This document shows, one piece after another, positions 1 to 14,037 of a DNA stretch of 64,000 bases. Every line of letters starts with the position of its first letter. Position 1 is the stretch's first letter. The notes beneath the pieces are model-generated. The model was given only the letters and a program-made list of their open reading frames with translations, had not been told where the DNA came from and searched no databases. Made by a program: the position numbers and the translations under genes. The stretch is from Takakia lepidozioides (Eukaryota > Plantae > Bryophyta), in assembly GCA_030704615.1 (NCBI GenBank), contig CM060732.1, positions 30,008,001 through 30,072,000 of the forward strand. The letters are read 5' to 3'.

Positions 1-1949
1 CACCTCACGCGAAAACTAGAGTCCAACCCCCTCCTGGCTCCCTAAACTCCCACAAACACCACACATACCCTGGGGTACCCAGAGTACCCCTTTGGGGCAC
101 CCTGGGTATCCTCCACCCCATGGTCCCTGGTGTCCCCTGGACACCTACATTATGTATAGGGTCCACCCCCGAAAGGGGGCAGTAGCCGCAAAGGCGAAGT
201 GGCTCTTAGTTACACCGGCTTTGGCCGGAGTCTTCTCTCTCTCTCTGGATGATACCCTACCAGTTTGGTAGGTGGTTGAAAATCTGGTACCTAATACCAG
301 TACCAGATCCATTTTTGTGAGGAAAACCTAGGTATCAATATCGAGGGTGCAATATGCACTATGCATGATATGGATGCAGCTTTCAATAAGCAAAATAGAA
401 ATCAGGTCTTGGGGGTGTGGATGTGATTGTACCATCGAGCCTTCAAATTCAATGAGAAGCATGTTTTGTACACATTTATATGAGAAGTGGGCCTTTCAAT
501 ATTAGCATATCGTGAATTTGTTTGATACCAGACCAGTTTTGATAATACCCTGGTATCAGTTTCTAAATACTATTGCTATTGATACCTGTAAAACACCACA
601 CCAATCATGTATTGGCCCTGCCTTTCTTTAAGGCAGAACGACGCAAAGGGTTTGAGCCTGTCAAGTTATTTTACCACTAGTGTGAAGTTAGTTAGAAAAT
701 AGCTAGCTTTTATATATTGACATTTGGGATTGACCCAAGTGTCAATCCAGGGGTCAATACATGTTTGGGCACCTGACGTTGTTATCTTCACAGCAGATTG
801 TGGTGGGCTCATCTATCTCGAGTTGAGCCTCACCGCGTCTAGGCGCCATAGTGTGGATTCCCCATGGTGTGGGGTGCACTTGGCTCGACCTAATATATGA
901 GTGATGTTTTCATGTGCAAGTATGTGAGTTTGAGAGAGCTTGTGTGCTTGTATCATTTCTTTCTTTATCACTCGAGAAAGATCAGCTCGAGTCTGTGAGT
1001 GACAGGTTCGAGTTAGTTGTAGCATTTGCGTTTTCAGATCATGAAAAGCGGTTCAGCCTAGAGTGCAGGGATCCGTGCATGAGCATATCCAAAGCGGATA
1101 GAGTGCAAAGGCGAACATGTTGCAAGTTTGCAATGGATAGAGAGGTGGGTAGCCTATGTTGACGAGCGGCGTTGCATAGCTCAACGCTATGGCAACCAAG
1201 TTTGGGCTTCTAGTGTGAAGCGGAGGAGATATGGCCACGAGTGGGCGAACTGGTGGTCGTCTTCTTCAGCTGCAGGCCGAGTTAAGGAGCTGCAGAAAGA
1301 AAAATGTGGGTGCGCATGGAAGCTAGCATGTTGCAGGTGGAGATGATATGATCAGCTCCAGGTATTTCTGCCCGAAACTAGGGTTGCGGGTAGATGAGGA
1401 GAGCAGCCGATGGTGAGCTGCAGGGGATGCATCGCAGCCCGTTGGGAGCTTCAGCTCCAAACTCATGAAGAGGTATGAGTGAGAGAGGGCAGGTCCCTCT
1501 TGTGTGCAAATCAGTGCACTTATGAAACATGTGCTGAGTTGGAGTTTCAATCTGAAACTCAGCAGTGTAAGGGCTCTTGGAGTGGCAAGAGCGGGGCTGG
1601 AAGGGCAGCAACAAGGTGCCCTAGAGCCAGGGGATATGCATGAGAAGTGCAGGTGCACCAAGTTTGTAAAGGTGTGTATTTTCATATTCGTTTTTGTGAG
1701 CTTCATGAAAAAATGGAGCTTGTTGGCCAGCATATTGTTGCTTGTTGAGTTTAGGGTGATTCTAGGGGCCATGAGAGCTCAGGAGTGCAGGGCGACGGGG
1801 CTGATGGCTCGCAAAAGCCATAGCTCAGTGGCAGCAGGGTAGGAGCAAACCCCAGCTCGGGGGGAGAGCTCGGGAACGCGTGGGACCGCCAGAGAATGCC
1901 TCGGGAACGCATGGGAACTCGTGGGGAGTTCCAGGGGATGCAAGGAACA

Positions 1950-2092
1950 GTGGCCATGATGGGCCGTGGGGGCGGTATCACGAGATACCACGAGCCCAGG
2001 CCGTGACTGTTGACCGTGACCATTGACCGTGACCGTGGGAAGCAGTGGTGCGGACACCACGGGTGGGCACGGTGACCAGATCGTGGGGATGG
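1950..2092 (-). repeat. ~145-bp dispersed GC-rich repeat; inverted copy at ~40110-40252
   Basis: ggcggtatcacgagataccacgagcccagg...ggtgaccagatcgtggg is the near reverse complement of cccacgatctggtcacc...cctgggctcgtggtatctcgtgataccgcc inside the TTAA element. Confidence 0.8.
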
Positions 2093-2699
2093 GGGCTAGT
2101 GAAGGGTCGTGGGCATGGTACCACAGGGTATCACGGGGCAGCCCGTGGCCAATGAGCGCCTAGGGCGGGGCCGTGAGGAGTCGTGGCGGTTAGAGCCACG
2201 GAAGGCCGCGAACAGGCAGAGTGGAAAGAAAAAAATAAAAAATAAAAAATGGGGGAGACCAGCCTGCAGATAATTCTTTGGACAGAATATTGTTGGGGCC
2301 TATATGTACCTCTATTTGCTCCATTTTTTTAACCTTCAGTGAATGGCGTGGGTTCCTGAGGTGTGGTTCCATTATGAGGAATGGCTGGTGGACGTAAGGA
2401 GGCACTGGCGGACCCTGTGGAGGCTTGCATGGGGCCTTGGAGGCCAGTTTCATGAGCTCGTGGAGGGCGGTTTGTTTGAGGAGTGTCTAAGGATGCTCCC
2501 ATGGTCATGCAAGTGAGAGAAGTGAGGAAAAAAGAGGGTGTTAGGGGATGAGGCGTGCTGGGGATAGGCATTGCTTTAGCTTCCCTTCCTCGTAGCTTTC
2601 CACCTTCTCTGTAGGTGTAATATAAAACTATAATCAATCCTAAAAGAGGATTAATTAGTTCTAAGGTTCGTTCGCTGGGGAAAGCACTAGACGACTAAT

Positions 2700-4400
2700 A
2701 CATAATGATGCCAGACTATTCTATCTCTCTCTATCCCTTCTTTGAAACAACTTCTACCAACAGTCATCTTCATCTAACCGATCATCATTCTTCCAGATTC
2801 ATGAATATTTCTCCCATCTTCTATTAACTCTGCTCCATCGGCTGAAATCAAATACCATTGCTCCACTTATTCTTCCTCCAATAAATCTCTCTGATACAGA
2901 GTCAACAGTCTCGATACCATTCTTTATTAACTACCATAGATTGATTATCTCCATGTCGCTACATTGTAATCTTTTAAAGATATCTAGAGACAAACTATGA
3001 GGCAGTTTAGTAATCAATTCTACGGGATATACTATCTGTTCTCCTTCATACATCGCTAGTGATCATTATTCACCACCAATTCGGTTCTCAAGTCGTTTTC
3101 CAGGGATTTTCTTTCACCAAGTTATGATCATTCTTTCATAAGTTCAGAGAGAGCCTTTAAAGGTCTATACCACTTCTGCAACCAAACTATGCTTCCAAAT
3201 AACAACTCCGTGTAGAATGGATATCTCCCTATGCATCCTTATTGACCAATTGCAAAAGAATACTCTTTATCACTACAACAAAGTTTATGAACGATTGTTA
3301 TCGATAAATGATCTGGTAATCCAGAGATCAATTCTGACACTTCCTTTATTCCTTCACTATTGCTCTCCGCCATGCAAATGATTTTAATTCACTGGTTCAC
3401 TCCTATCATGAATCCAATTGAAAACAGAGGTACATGCACAATTCCCTTGATAGATTTGAAGAGAGCGTCTCTTTGGTGAGAGAACCCCGGACAGTGTTCA
3501 AAAAATGATAATGTCTTCAGGTGCCCACACAACGGGCAATTGCACTGTCCCGATCCTCTTTGCTTCTGTTTGCTTATCAAAGGATTTCCTGCCCCGAGTT
3601 TAAATTTCAGTCTAGTGCCGAGAGTGGGTAGACCTTGAGGTCATCCAAGATCTCCTCCCCCATGGCATAGACTAGAAACAAGTTCAGGAAAGTATTTTGC
3701 CTAACTTCATTTTCATCAGACAATCTCATGGCAACAGACATGGTTGGACACTACAGCCTCTAAGTCAGATTTATCCAAACAGGCTAAGTCCTGGCAGAAG
3801 ACAGTAGAAGAGATTCTCAAGGACCTGGACCCGCAAGTCTTCACCCTCTCTGTCTTCTTTCCTTAATCGGCTCCTTCTGAGCTTGAAATCTCTTATCAAT
3901 ATTCCTCTTGATGGACCAGAATTAATCCTCACATCGAATTCTTATCTGTTTCATTTATGCGCATTCTCATCATCTCATATGGTTCTTCAGTTCTTACACA
4001 CGAAAAACACATCCTCCTCCATCACTCCATTCTTCACACGTACACAAAGTGAAGTGCATTCCTTTTCTTCTTCTTCTCATTCATAAATCACAAACATGCA
4101 GAACGCAGTAGTATTAATCTACCATTGCATAATAACTCTATATATTACCTCCTACTCATCTACTCTCTCTCCTCCCGGTTTAGGGCTCTTGGCTCAATTG
4201 ACACTTCTGCTTCTCTTAACGCTTTATATAGCAGAGTATTTCATAACTGTAATAACCGCTCAAAAACTCCTTCATCTATCCTTTACAATTTTTCATCCAT
4301 CTCTTCTATCATTCAGTCCAAGATAGACTATCGACTGTATACAAGATATCGAAGAACATTGCCCTATCGCAGATGGATCGCAGGCTAGAAAATATTAAAA
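2700..4400 (-). pseudogene. Highly degenerate Ty3/Gypsy gag-protease remnant
   Basis: Minus strand near 3300-3335 gives a broken ID(SG)ITRSFID aspartic-protease-like motif. The region is AT-rich with no long ORF; boundaries are approximate. Confidence 0.35.
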
Positions 4401-4728
4401 AGTTTGAAAATTGTCATTAAGTCAGAAAATTCCTATTATTTTACATAGCCCCACTCCTAATTGTGCAGCGCCCCCGCAAACACTATATCTTCTGCAACTA
4501 ATTTCTTGGCTGCTTCTCCCGCCTCCCCTCTGACTCATGCGATCGACGATGGTCACGCTCATCCCCTTCCTTCTGGAACTGCTTGAACGCCATATAGGGG
4601 TGTATCACGAAGGCCCCCAATCATCATACATAGCAGAATCTACACAATGAAGAAATCCAGTCAAGCACATCAATTCTAACACCCGCATTTCCCTTGCCGG
4701 GTGATGCAATAACTGGCTACTATCCCGA

Positions 4729-5500
4729 TTATGTCCTCCCAACATAGGCCTGTAACATCAACAACAACATGGTAGTAGTGACACCACTTAGCCAAAACCT
4801 ACAAAAAATGGCTGCCATAAAACACAAAGGATCAAAATGATTCGCATGCAGCCCCTGAAAGGCTTTGTACGTTGTTTCACAATAGTCCGCACTACTAAAC
4901 TCTCCAGGAATTAACGGCCAATTGTACGGTAAGGACGTCAAGTGCTCATTCTCGTGCCATTGACCACGACGCGCCACACATGCATACACCAATCGGCCGT
5001 AATATTCCGTGGCCACGGTCCACTGATTGGTGTCAATCGAGTGCCCATCTTCAAAATCGATTCTCTCGTCGCAGGTGGCCATAGTCCTGCCCCATCCATA
5101 ACAACACTTCCCAACATGGCAGCACTTATCGTCAGAATCCGCATAGACCTTCTCCGCTTCTGCCCAAAAATTGAGTTACTCCCAGTTAGTAGGAAAGTGG
5201 CATCGGTTCGAATATCGCGAAGCCCACCTGCAAAACTTGTGTAGCACTGGGGTGATTGATGTACAAGTCTCATCCATCTGGCCGTCAATAACTCTGGCCA
5301 AGTTTTTGCTTGCATCCACTTGCTTACCCTTTGCTGAATTGCAGTCTACGTCCATACATACGTAGATCCATGTAAGCACTCCGGAACCAGCCGATACCTG
5401 CGATGAGCTCTCTCCAACATCATATGGAACTGGGCCTCCTCCAATACTTGAGCCACCAGAGGTTGCACCATATCCAGTACCTCGGCAACAGTTTGTCATC
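4729..5500 (-). pseudogene. Continuation of the extra ORF or a second extra ORF, W/C/Y-rich, unknown function
   Basis: ORFs 5176-5499 and 4729-5082 are in the same frame, separated by one stop; protein-like composition. Confidence 0.45.
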
Positions 5501-5588
5501 TAGCCTTGGAATAGCAAAAAGAAAAACCACAAGCATGTACTCGATTCCAGTGTCTATCGCGGAGGTAAGATTGTCGGAACGCCTCCAG

Positions 5589-7134
5589 TCATCTTCCAAT
5601 GTTATAATACAAAAAAAACAGCGACTGGAGGATCTCCAACGTAAACAAAAACTGTTCTGGATGGGCGACTGCTACGTCTCCCCTCACCACCATCTCCACG
5701 GCTAGATTCTCCATGCGATAGTTGCACAGGTCTTCCCACTCTGCCTCCAAGTCAATCGGCTCCTCTCCACCATTGAAAAACAATTGCAAAATAGTACTAT
5801 CATATAAGTATCCTTGACCAAGGCTCTGAGCATAGCATACCTCATGCCATCCTTGCAAGACACTGAGTCCAACAATTCTGTCAGGTCTATTGTCTCTCTG
5901 AACTGTTGTAACTCGGACATTTGTGCCTTCATGGTCTGTTCCATCACATCCATCTCCCCTTGCTGCTCAGCACGATAAGAAGCAAATTCTTGCTGCAAAA
6001 CTACATATCGTTCCTCAGGATTGACTATGGTGGCAGGTTGTTTCCCCCTCTCTGCTACTTGCTTGGTAATCTCTGCCAATTGACTCTCCAATTCAATGAC
6101 ACGAGCCTCTTTTGACCTCATTGCTTGCCTGTGTAGCAATGACTGCTCTGCATCATTTTTAACAATAGCCTCCTGCTGACGAGCCTCTTTCATCTTCCAC
6201 TGATCCTGGAATTTGTGGAGTTCTTTTATATCTGCTTCTATTCTCTTCTTTGAATCATCCCACGCAAGCTGCAACTGTTGATTCTGCGATAAGGTGGCAG
6301 TATGCACAGCCCTCAAATCGGCCAATTCTTTCTGCACATCCTCGTGATCCAGGGCTTCTGTTGCTACCAATTGCAATCCCTCAACCAAGTCACGAAGCTT
6401 TGTCGCAAAAGACGATTGACTTGCTACATTTTTGCCTCCCGATTCTATCAATGCAAGAGTGGTAGTATCAGTCACCAATATTGAGGCCCTTTCATTCGCC
6501 CTGCTCGACTCCGGTCTGTTAATAATCTCCGTATCATTCGTATTGACAGAAGGTGGCACCTTCAATCGATGCTGCAAAATCATAGACAAATAAGTTGCAC
6601 AAAACAAAGTATCGGTCTTAACAGCCTTCCTCTTTGCTACTATCTCCTCATGGATCTTTCCACACACAAATCCTGCCCAATCAATTTGCAGACCCATGAA
6701 TATTGATACTACTGCATTGAGTTGCGATGACGATGACGCGACATACGTAGCAGCCTTCTTCAGGGCTAACGGCTCACTGCAAATTTTCATTCCACTCCAT
6801 CATTTAGATTCGCTGCTTTAGCAACTGCCCAACCCCCGGTTCGATTGAGAGCACCCTCCTTAAAATGGTTTGCAAGAACAAAAGACTCATCTTTAAATCC
6901 ATCAACTTCAATCCCTGCCGAGGGTAAAAGCAAGACCTCTGTTACAGTGCGGGCATCAACAACGATAGGCGAGCCCTTCACTATTTCACTCTTTGAGTTA
7001 GGATCATAAGAATTTAAAAATTGCATCACTAATGACATGCTAGGCTTCAGCAGACCCTTCAACAAAGAATCAAAAAATTCCATCATCTGCGCCTGTCTCC
7101 ACAACGCTTTCTGCTCTCGTTCACCCAAAATCAT
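5589..7134 (-). pseudogene. Extra retrotransposon ORF downstream of pol (helical N-terminal part plus coiled coil), frameshifted
   Basis: ORFs 6787-7134, 5702-6790 and 5589-5858 abut or overlap on the same strand; E/Q/L-rich heptad region. Confidence 0.6.
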
Positions 7135-7589
7135 AGAAATGTCACATCCTTAATTCTTATGTCATCATAGAAACCGGCGGTGGCAATGGTTGATGCACAG
7201 CTTTCTTCACCATCGTGATGGATTGACTTGGAACACTGATTTGCTCCCCAACACTCACTATCGCTCAGTACTCTCTATCGGCTCAGAGACTCTCACTCTC
7301 ACTGTGACATACTTTGCGAATTGCAAGAACACTGGCAGAGAACAAAAAGGATAACCAGAAGAATGGCAAGAAGAGCCCCACTCCTATCTATCGCTCAGGG
7401 TAACCTGTCTTAACAGCTGGCAAATACGGAGTCAAGTCAATCTATAAACCCTTACCGCCACCCCAACATTGTAACAGATTGTACAGCCAACGCGTAGCGT
7501 AACGGCGTAAATATACTCATAATGACAATGCTGACAGACACATACATATTGACACCCCCTTCGACTTAACCTAAATTCTGCCCACAGAA

Positions 7590-10500
7590 ACATTAGGTCA
7601 AGTACAACTTAAGACGATCGCCGTTAATGCGGGTCAGCAATGGGTCGCCAGTTATGGTATCTAATTGTATAGAGCCATTTGGAAAAGCTTCCACCACCCG
7701 ATAGGGCCCGAGCCACCTCATCTTCCATTTTTACCAGAAATTTTTTGAAAACGGCTATCATAAAGGAGAACCAAATCTTGAGATTTAAAGATCTTGGGCT
7801 TAAGGCGGCTATATAATAACCTTCCGCCGCAGTTGGGTGACTTCAATGTTCTGTAACACCTGCCGACGAAGTTCATCCATCTTAACAATTGCCAATAGAC
7901 GAGCCGATAGGGATGGAACATCGCCCAAACGTTCCTCAATAGCTATGCGTAGGGAGGGAATTTCAAGCTCGATAGGCAATATTGCCTCTTGTCCATAAAC
8001 CGATTGGAAGGGAGTAAATCCGGTAGTAACTTTAAATACAGTCCGATAGGCCCATAATGCAGAAAATAATTTAGTATCCCCAATCGTGCCAGTACAAGAA
8101 AATTGTTTTTGTTAGGATACCACAAAGTAACCATTGGTTTTCTCCGTCTGACCATTAGCCCGTGGGTGATAGGAGTAGTCTTCCGATGTTAATGACATAT
8201 TTGGCCGTCATATGCTCAATAAAGAATTTAAAAAATGAGTACCACGTCGCTCACAAGCTCTCGAGGACAACCAAATCTGAGAATGATATTCTCATACAGA
8301 AACTGTGCCACAACCTTGGCCGTATCAGTGCGAAGAGGCCCAAGCTTCAGCCCACTTAGTGACATATTCAGTTGCAAAACAAGAATTATATCGTTTCTGA
8401 CCTTGCGAGAGGCAGAGGGCGATAGTAGGTCCAACAAAATCGATACCCCACTTCTCAAAGATGCATGTGCAAGGATGGAAAAATGGGCATAGAACCTCGA
8501 TCGCGCAGGTCTGCCAATACGTTGGCCATGCATCACAACGACGCAATAAGCAAAAGCATCTTTAAATAGGGTAGGCCACCACAACCTGCCAATAATACTT
8601 TCCGTCCGGTGGCATCCCCTACAAAATGGCCACACACAAGAATCGGCAGGCACCCCTCAAGTATCGTTGGAACCTCGGCTTCCAAGATGCAACGGCGCAA
8701 TACACTATCATTCCCGAGCTTGTATAATGTGTCGCCGGTAATCGTATACGGCGCAGTCTTCTCTACCAGCCGACGCTTCTGCTTCTCAGTATAACCCTCT
8801 GGAAATTGTTGTAATGATAAGTAATTAAAGATGAGAGCATACTCTCATGTCATCACATCAACCACAAAAAGGGCAGCATCTGGGAGAGAATCATCTATCG
8901 GCTCCTCGCTGACTTCTTCGATAGATGACTCTTAAATGATCAGCATTGGCATGCTGTGCGCCAGGCGAACCCAATTTTAAAAGTAATTCTGCAATTAAAA
9001 TAACCCACCGGGCCACTCTGCCACTCAGCTGAGGTTTATTTAATGAGATATTTTAGTGCATCATGATCAACATGAAAAACAAATGGAAAACCCAATAAAT
9101 AATGGCGATACTTCTTAACCGAATAAATCATGCCCAAACCTTCTCGTTCAGTGGTAGTATAATTTTTCTCTGCCGCAGCCAATTGACGACTCGCAAAATA
9201 TATCAGATGATCAAACGACTTTTCATCCTTCTGACTCAAAACGCTACCAATAGCATAGTTTGAAGCATCCACATAGACCTGAAACTCCTTAGTCCAATCG
9301 GGGGAAATCAAGATAGGCGCCTTTATCAATTGCCCTTTTAATTCTTGAAAAGAATGCTGACACTCCCTTGTCCACATACACATGGCACGCCATGGTTGTC
9401 CAACCCTTCTCCCGTTTGCAGTGATCAAACATTAACCAACATACACTCAGCATCGTGTTTCAATAATTGAGTCAATGGTAGGGCAATCTCAGCATATCGA
9501 TGGATTAAACGGCGATAGTACCCCACATGGCCAAGAAAGGCACGCACCTCTGTTACCATTGTGAAGGTAGGTAATTGGACAATAATCTCAATCTTAGTGG
9601 GGTCAATTGATATCCCTCGAATTGATACAATATGGCCTAAAAGCTTCCCTTGGTAACTAGAAATTGACATTTTCCGGCATTCAAAGAGATTCCATACTCT
9701 TTACATTTTAGAAAGCACAGCTCCAACATCTCAGCATGTGTTGCTTTGCTGCTATAGACACAAAAATCGTCCAAGAAAATCTCCATAAATAGACGCACGT
9801 AATCCTGAAAAGCAGCAGTCATTACTCGTGAAACGTAGCAGGAGCATTGCAAAGTCCGAAGGGACATGACTTTATAGGCATAGTGCCCCATCGGTGGTAA
9901 AAATAGTTTTAGGACGATCCTCTTCTGCGATCGTGATCTGATTATAACCAGAAAAGCCATCGAGGAAAGAATAACACTCATGGCCCGCTACTGCATCCAG
10001 AATAGTATCAGTGAAAGGTAATGGAAAATAATCCTTCCGAGTCACTGCATAAAGTTTCCGGAAATCTTGACAGATTCGTACTTTGCCCAATTTTTGGGTA
10101 CGACCACTATAGGGGATACCCAATCGCTATAAGGTACATGATAAATGAATCCAGCAGCTAACAATTTGTCCAATTCTTCTTTAACCAACAGAGAATATTT
10201 AGGATTCAATCAATGTTGGCGTTGCCGTACTGGCATTGCTCCTTCCCCAATATAATGCGATGTTGGCAGATTTCTGGGGGTACACCCCGAAGATCAGTAT
10301 AAGTCCATGCAAAGGTCGTACAATGTTTCTGGAAAAACTCCTTCCACATAGACAATTCATTTGATGGGATTGCCGCAGAAATTATAATGTCATTGGGCTC
10401 AACAGCTGTATTCAAATTCAAGGTTTGGTAAGGGTCCTTCTTTATCAATGGAGCTCGGTTGTCATCAGCCGAATCATACCACGCGATATCTTCCGACGTT

Positions 10501-11320
10501 GTGGCCTCTTCCCACTCAGATTCATGCTGCACCATATAAGAAGATCGGGCTCCCCCCATCGCAAGATACATGTCAGAGTCACTATCAAAATCACCATGCC
10601 AAGGGTTATTCCTCCTAAGATTAGCACCGCGGTAGCTCCGCCGGCTCCGTGTATGTTTAGGTGACAATGGTAGGGCTTGAAGATCACTATCGGTGTCACT
10701 GGTCCTCTCGTCAGCTTCAGAGGTAAACTCAGATTCTATCTCCTGCGTCTCCCCATGATATGCTACTGGGTACATTTGCAACACGACCTTTTGTTCTCCT
10801 TTTCCCAGAGTCAAAGTGCCTTTCCCCCAATCATTTTTAGCTTTAGATTGGAACAACCATGGTCGTCCTAATAAGAATAGGCCGAGACATTTAGTTGGAA
10901 GACCACATAATCAATGGAATACTCAATAGCAGCAATTATAGTTGGGACGGCAGTCAGGACGCCCATTGGTTTGACACGGGCTTTGATCGGGCCATCCCGT
11001 AACACCAATCGAGGTGTTCTGTAAAACCAACCAAGTCCTAACTCCCCATTGTGTCGGAACTCATTAGTTGACACTAGAACCACCGTCAATTGAACTCCAG
11101 TAATAACAACGCCATCTATTGTTACATCAAGGACGGGGCACCTGGATCCGGATTGAGTGTGGATATACTCACTTCATGGACGTCGTTATTCGTTGCCTGT
11201 TTCCGCACTAGAGATGACTGCAAAGAAGCCCGGCATTGAGGTGCGATAGCCAACAGTTGCCGCAAAGAAATAGCAGGTTGCAACGTGTCCAGGTCTTTAA
11301 GTATATCATAATGAACCAAG
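7590..11320 (-). pseudogene. Frameshifted gag-pol (protease, reverse transcriptase, RNase H, integrase)
   Basis: RT: RICQDFRKL...LDGFSGYNQI and IFLDDF. RH: YVDASNYAIGSVL...EKNYTTTERE. INT: WWPTLFKDA, FEKWGIDFVGP, RFGCPRELVSD and C-terminal WLGPY...RLKLY. Many frameshifts. Confidence 0.9.
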
Positions 11321-11335
11321 CCTTTAGTCAGTGCC

Positions 11336-11920
11336 TGTTAGAGGGCTGCTTGGGACTTAGACGCTTTTACGGGATCTGTGGGGGACCCTTAATTTTTGCG
11401 CAGACTGAGACCAACAGAAGCCTTAGGGGTGACAGCAACAGGCTTTAGGGGGAGAGATACGCAGTCCGACACAACCCGTCACAGTCCGACACAGCCAATC
11501 ACAGCCGACACAGCCTGACACAGCTTCGCACGGTCAGTCACAGCCCGTCACAGCCAACACAGCTGACACAGACAGTCACAGCCCGTCACAGCCAACACAG
11601 TCGACAGAGCCAGTCACAGCTCGGCACAACTTGACACAGCCTGTCACTGTACATGGGGAACAGTTATCAATGGCAGGGAACGACTGTGAGGGAACGACAT
11701 CTACAGAAGGAACGTGGTACTACAGGGATGACGGTAGTTAGGAAAGCGGTTAGAACAGCTTGTAGGGAGATAAAGCGAGGAGGGGGACGCCGGGGGGATC
11801 ACCTGAGGGGGGGGGGGACTTCTGGTATCACGGTTGAAATGAAGAGGCGAGAGCGCATCTCTGAGGTGGAAAGATGGAGAGCACGGAGTAGGAGAGAGAA
11901 GATATGTTGATACTTGGATG
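11336..11920 (+). mobile_element. LTR (family X), 5' or solo copy inserted in the Gypsy gag and interrupted at ~11923
   Basis: Starts TGTTAGAGGGCTGCTTGGGACTT, homologous to LTRs at 25353 and 29762. No upstream PPT. Contains an (A/T)CACAGCC-type tandem array at ~11460-11650. Confidence 0.85.
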
Positions 11921-12419
11921 GGGGGCTGCTTTTTCATGAGCCATGAGCCATGAGCGGCATGAGCCATGAGCAGAGTCGTAAGTGTGGAAAAAAACATGAG
12001 CAGCAACACTATTTTCCGGAAATGAGTGTCCGCGGGAATAGGGTTTAGGGTGCCACGGTCATAGGGGGAGGAGGATCTCCCGATGAAGGAGGTTCGGCAA
12101 TGTTATTTAGAATTATATATTGAAAGGCAATGTTTACGAATGGGTAGGGTTGGTACTGCTCTGTACAATGGGGGCCCATTTCAGCCTACCAGCCATTTGC
12201 AAAATTCACCCACACTCCCAATCCCAAACGAAATGAGCAATGACGCATACTCGAACGATGGACACAGAAATAGAATAAAAAGAGGCACAATGAGGTTTTA
12301 TTGATCCACATGAATTGCATTTGAAGCACGTCTACTGGCTGTGATTGTGCCCTCAAATCTTGAGCCCTTGCCTACTGAATACAAGTCACGTTGTCAATGG
12401 GACTTCGACTGCTCTCAGA

Positions 12420-13030
12420 ACTAGCTCATGAGTCCTGGGGCTCCTCCATGTAAAGTCGATTGCAGCCGTTGTACCGGCCCTAGTGATGTTCACCACAATG
12501 TCCTGCCCTTCAATCATACCACCATCGAATATCGAATATGGAAATCTTCACGTTTTCGTCGTCCACACCAATGCGAATGTCCCCATACAATGGAGAAGAG
12601 GAGCGCACTCCTCGAGGAGAATAGGTCTCTCCGATGGAGTCCACCCAGTCCAGTGTGGCAGCAGTTCCACCGCAACAGCATAGCAGGCGCCTCTTCTGCA
12701 TGGGTGACCGTCGTAGGGGGCGGGAAAATCGGAATCGAGGATGCGCAGGAGCCACGGACTCCTCAGACCAAGATCGTCACCCCGCTCGAAGCGTAAGTGG
12801 CCTACGATATACTCAAAAGCCACCAATGTTCCCACAATCGAACCAGTATCTTCTGTGTAATCTGTGTACCAGATAACAATGTCTCCGATGTGGCCGAATA
12901 CATTGCATAATCGATGCCTCCAAAGGGGCAGTCGTCCCGGTTCCGGAAGCACGGCATCCTTGCAAAGGAGGACCTGAGGACGACTTGGATGCCGATGACC
13001 TTGCGGACAGCTACGAAGCCCTTAGATTGT
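12420..13030 (-). pseudogene. Unknown-function cargo ORF, paralogue A (frameshifted)
   Basis: Motifs DCPFGGIDYAM, GDIVIW, LVAFEYIVG, RWNCC, PLLHCMGTF and SIFDGGMIEGQDIVV are shared with 13476-14037. Confidence 0.6.
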
Positions 13031-13475
13031 GGAAATGATACGAAGCGGAAGAGCAGTCCGGCCTCCAATAATGGAGCATCTGGGTCACACGTACCCACCG
13101 ACGGAGGTGGAACGTGTTCATCACGCCAGCGGTGATTATGAAAAGCCATATCTCTTCTCATCAACAAGTTATAGTTTGAGATCTGCCACCGAAGTCCATC
13201 CCCCCGGATGGAAATTCGGCGCCGCATTACATCGAGAGGGGATGGACTTCGTCGTGTCCAGTGGCTATCGGCCCACCTGGCGTGACTGCCCATAGTTTGC
13301 ATGGCAGGGTAGGAAACTGAAACGGCTACATTCATGCAGCAGCCAATCTTCATCGGTCCGATCCTGTAGGGGGGGGAAATTTAAATGTGCCCTGGAGTGT
13401 TGTGAGGAATTGCAGCGTTAGCTTGAACTTTTCCAGCCACCGCGTTGCTCCTCCTCCATCCGGGAGCTGCTGTCA

Positions 13476-14037
13476 TTGAGCGTACTCCGATACTCTTTTC
13501 AAGGATGCCGTGCCGCCGAATCCAGCGACTGCCCTTATCATGGCCACGATTATGCTATGTTCAAACCAGAATCAGGAGACATCATTGTCTGGCTCTCTGT
13601 TTTCACAGACGCTACTGGAATCAAGCAAGAGTCTTTGCGCGCAATGGAGTATCTGGAGGGCTATTACGCTTTGAGCGAGGTGAGGGCGAGGGTCAAGCGG
13701 TCCGTGGGTCTGAAAATTGTTGACCTCGATATACCAAGCTGGAAAGGGATGCCGGATAGATCACGCACGGCCTCGCTTTGGCGCTGGAACTGCTGCCAGT
13801 GGACCAGGGAGGACGGCACCGGGGAAAACTATATACGTGCAGATCACTCCGCTCTTCCAGTGTATGGAGACATTCGGCTGGCGTTGCGAAGACGAATCGC
13901 ACGGGCACATGAGGCCCACAGTGACCTTGTCAATGTATGATGGTGGTATCATTGATGGACATGACATTGTCGTCGGCTCCAGCAAGGGCAGCAGAACGAC
14001 CGAATTGCAGTTTACCTCGAGGTGGCCGCAGCAGTGA
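13476..14037 (+). pseudogene. Unknown-function cargo ORF, paralogue B (one frameshift)
   Basis: Motifs DCPYHGHDYAM, GDIIVW, LRAMEYLEG, RWNCC, PLFQCMETF and SMYDGGIIDGHDIVV. Confidence 0.65.

Larger units (their letters stand above)
4729..11335 (-). mobile_element. Ty3/Gypsy LTR retrotransposon internal region (PR-RT-RH-INT plus extra 3' ORFs), cut at 11335 by a nested LTR
   Basis: Domain order is PR-RT-RH-INT on the minus strand, followed by non-pol ORFs at 7134-4729. Confidence 0.85.

Noticed and set aside
1-24. Possible right terminus of a GCTCACG-type element (CTCACGCGAAAACTAGAGTCC)
   Set aside because: Too short at the window edge to support
813-2637. Short ORFs in the first 2.6 kb
   Set aside because: No recognisable motifs or consistent exon structure
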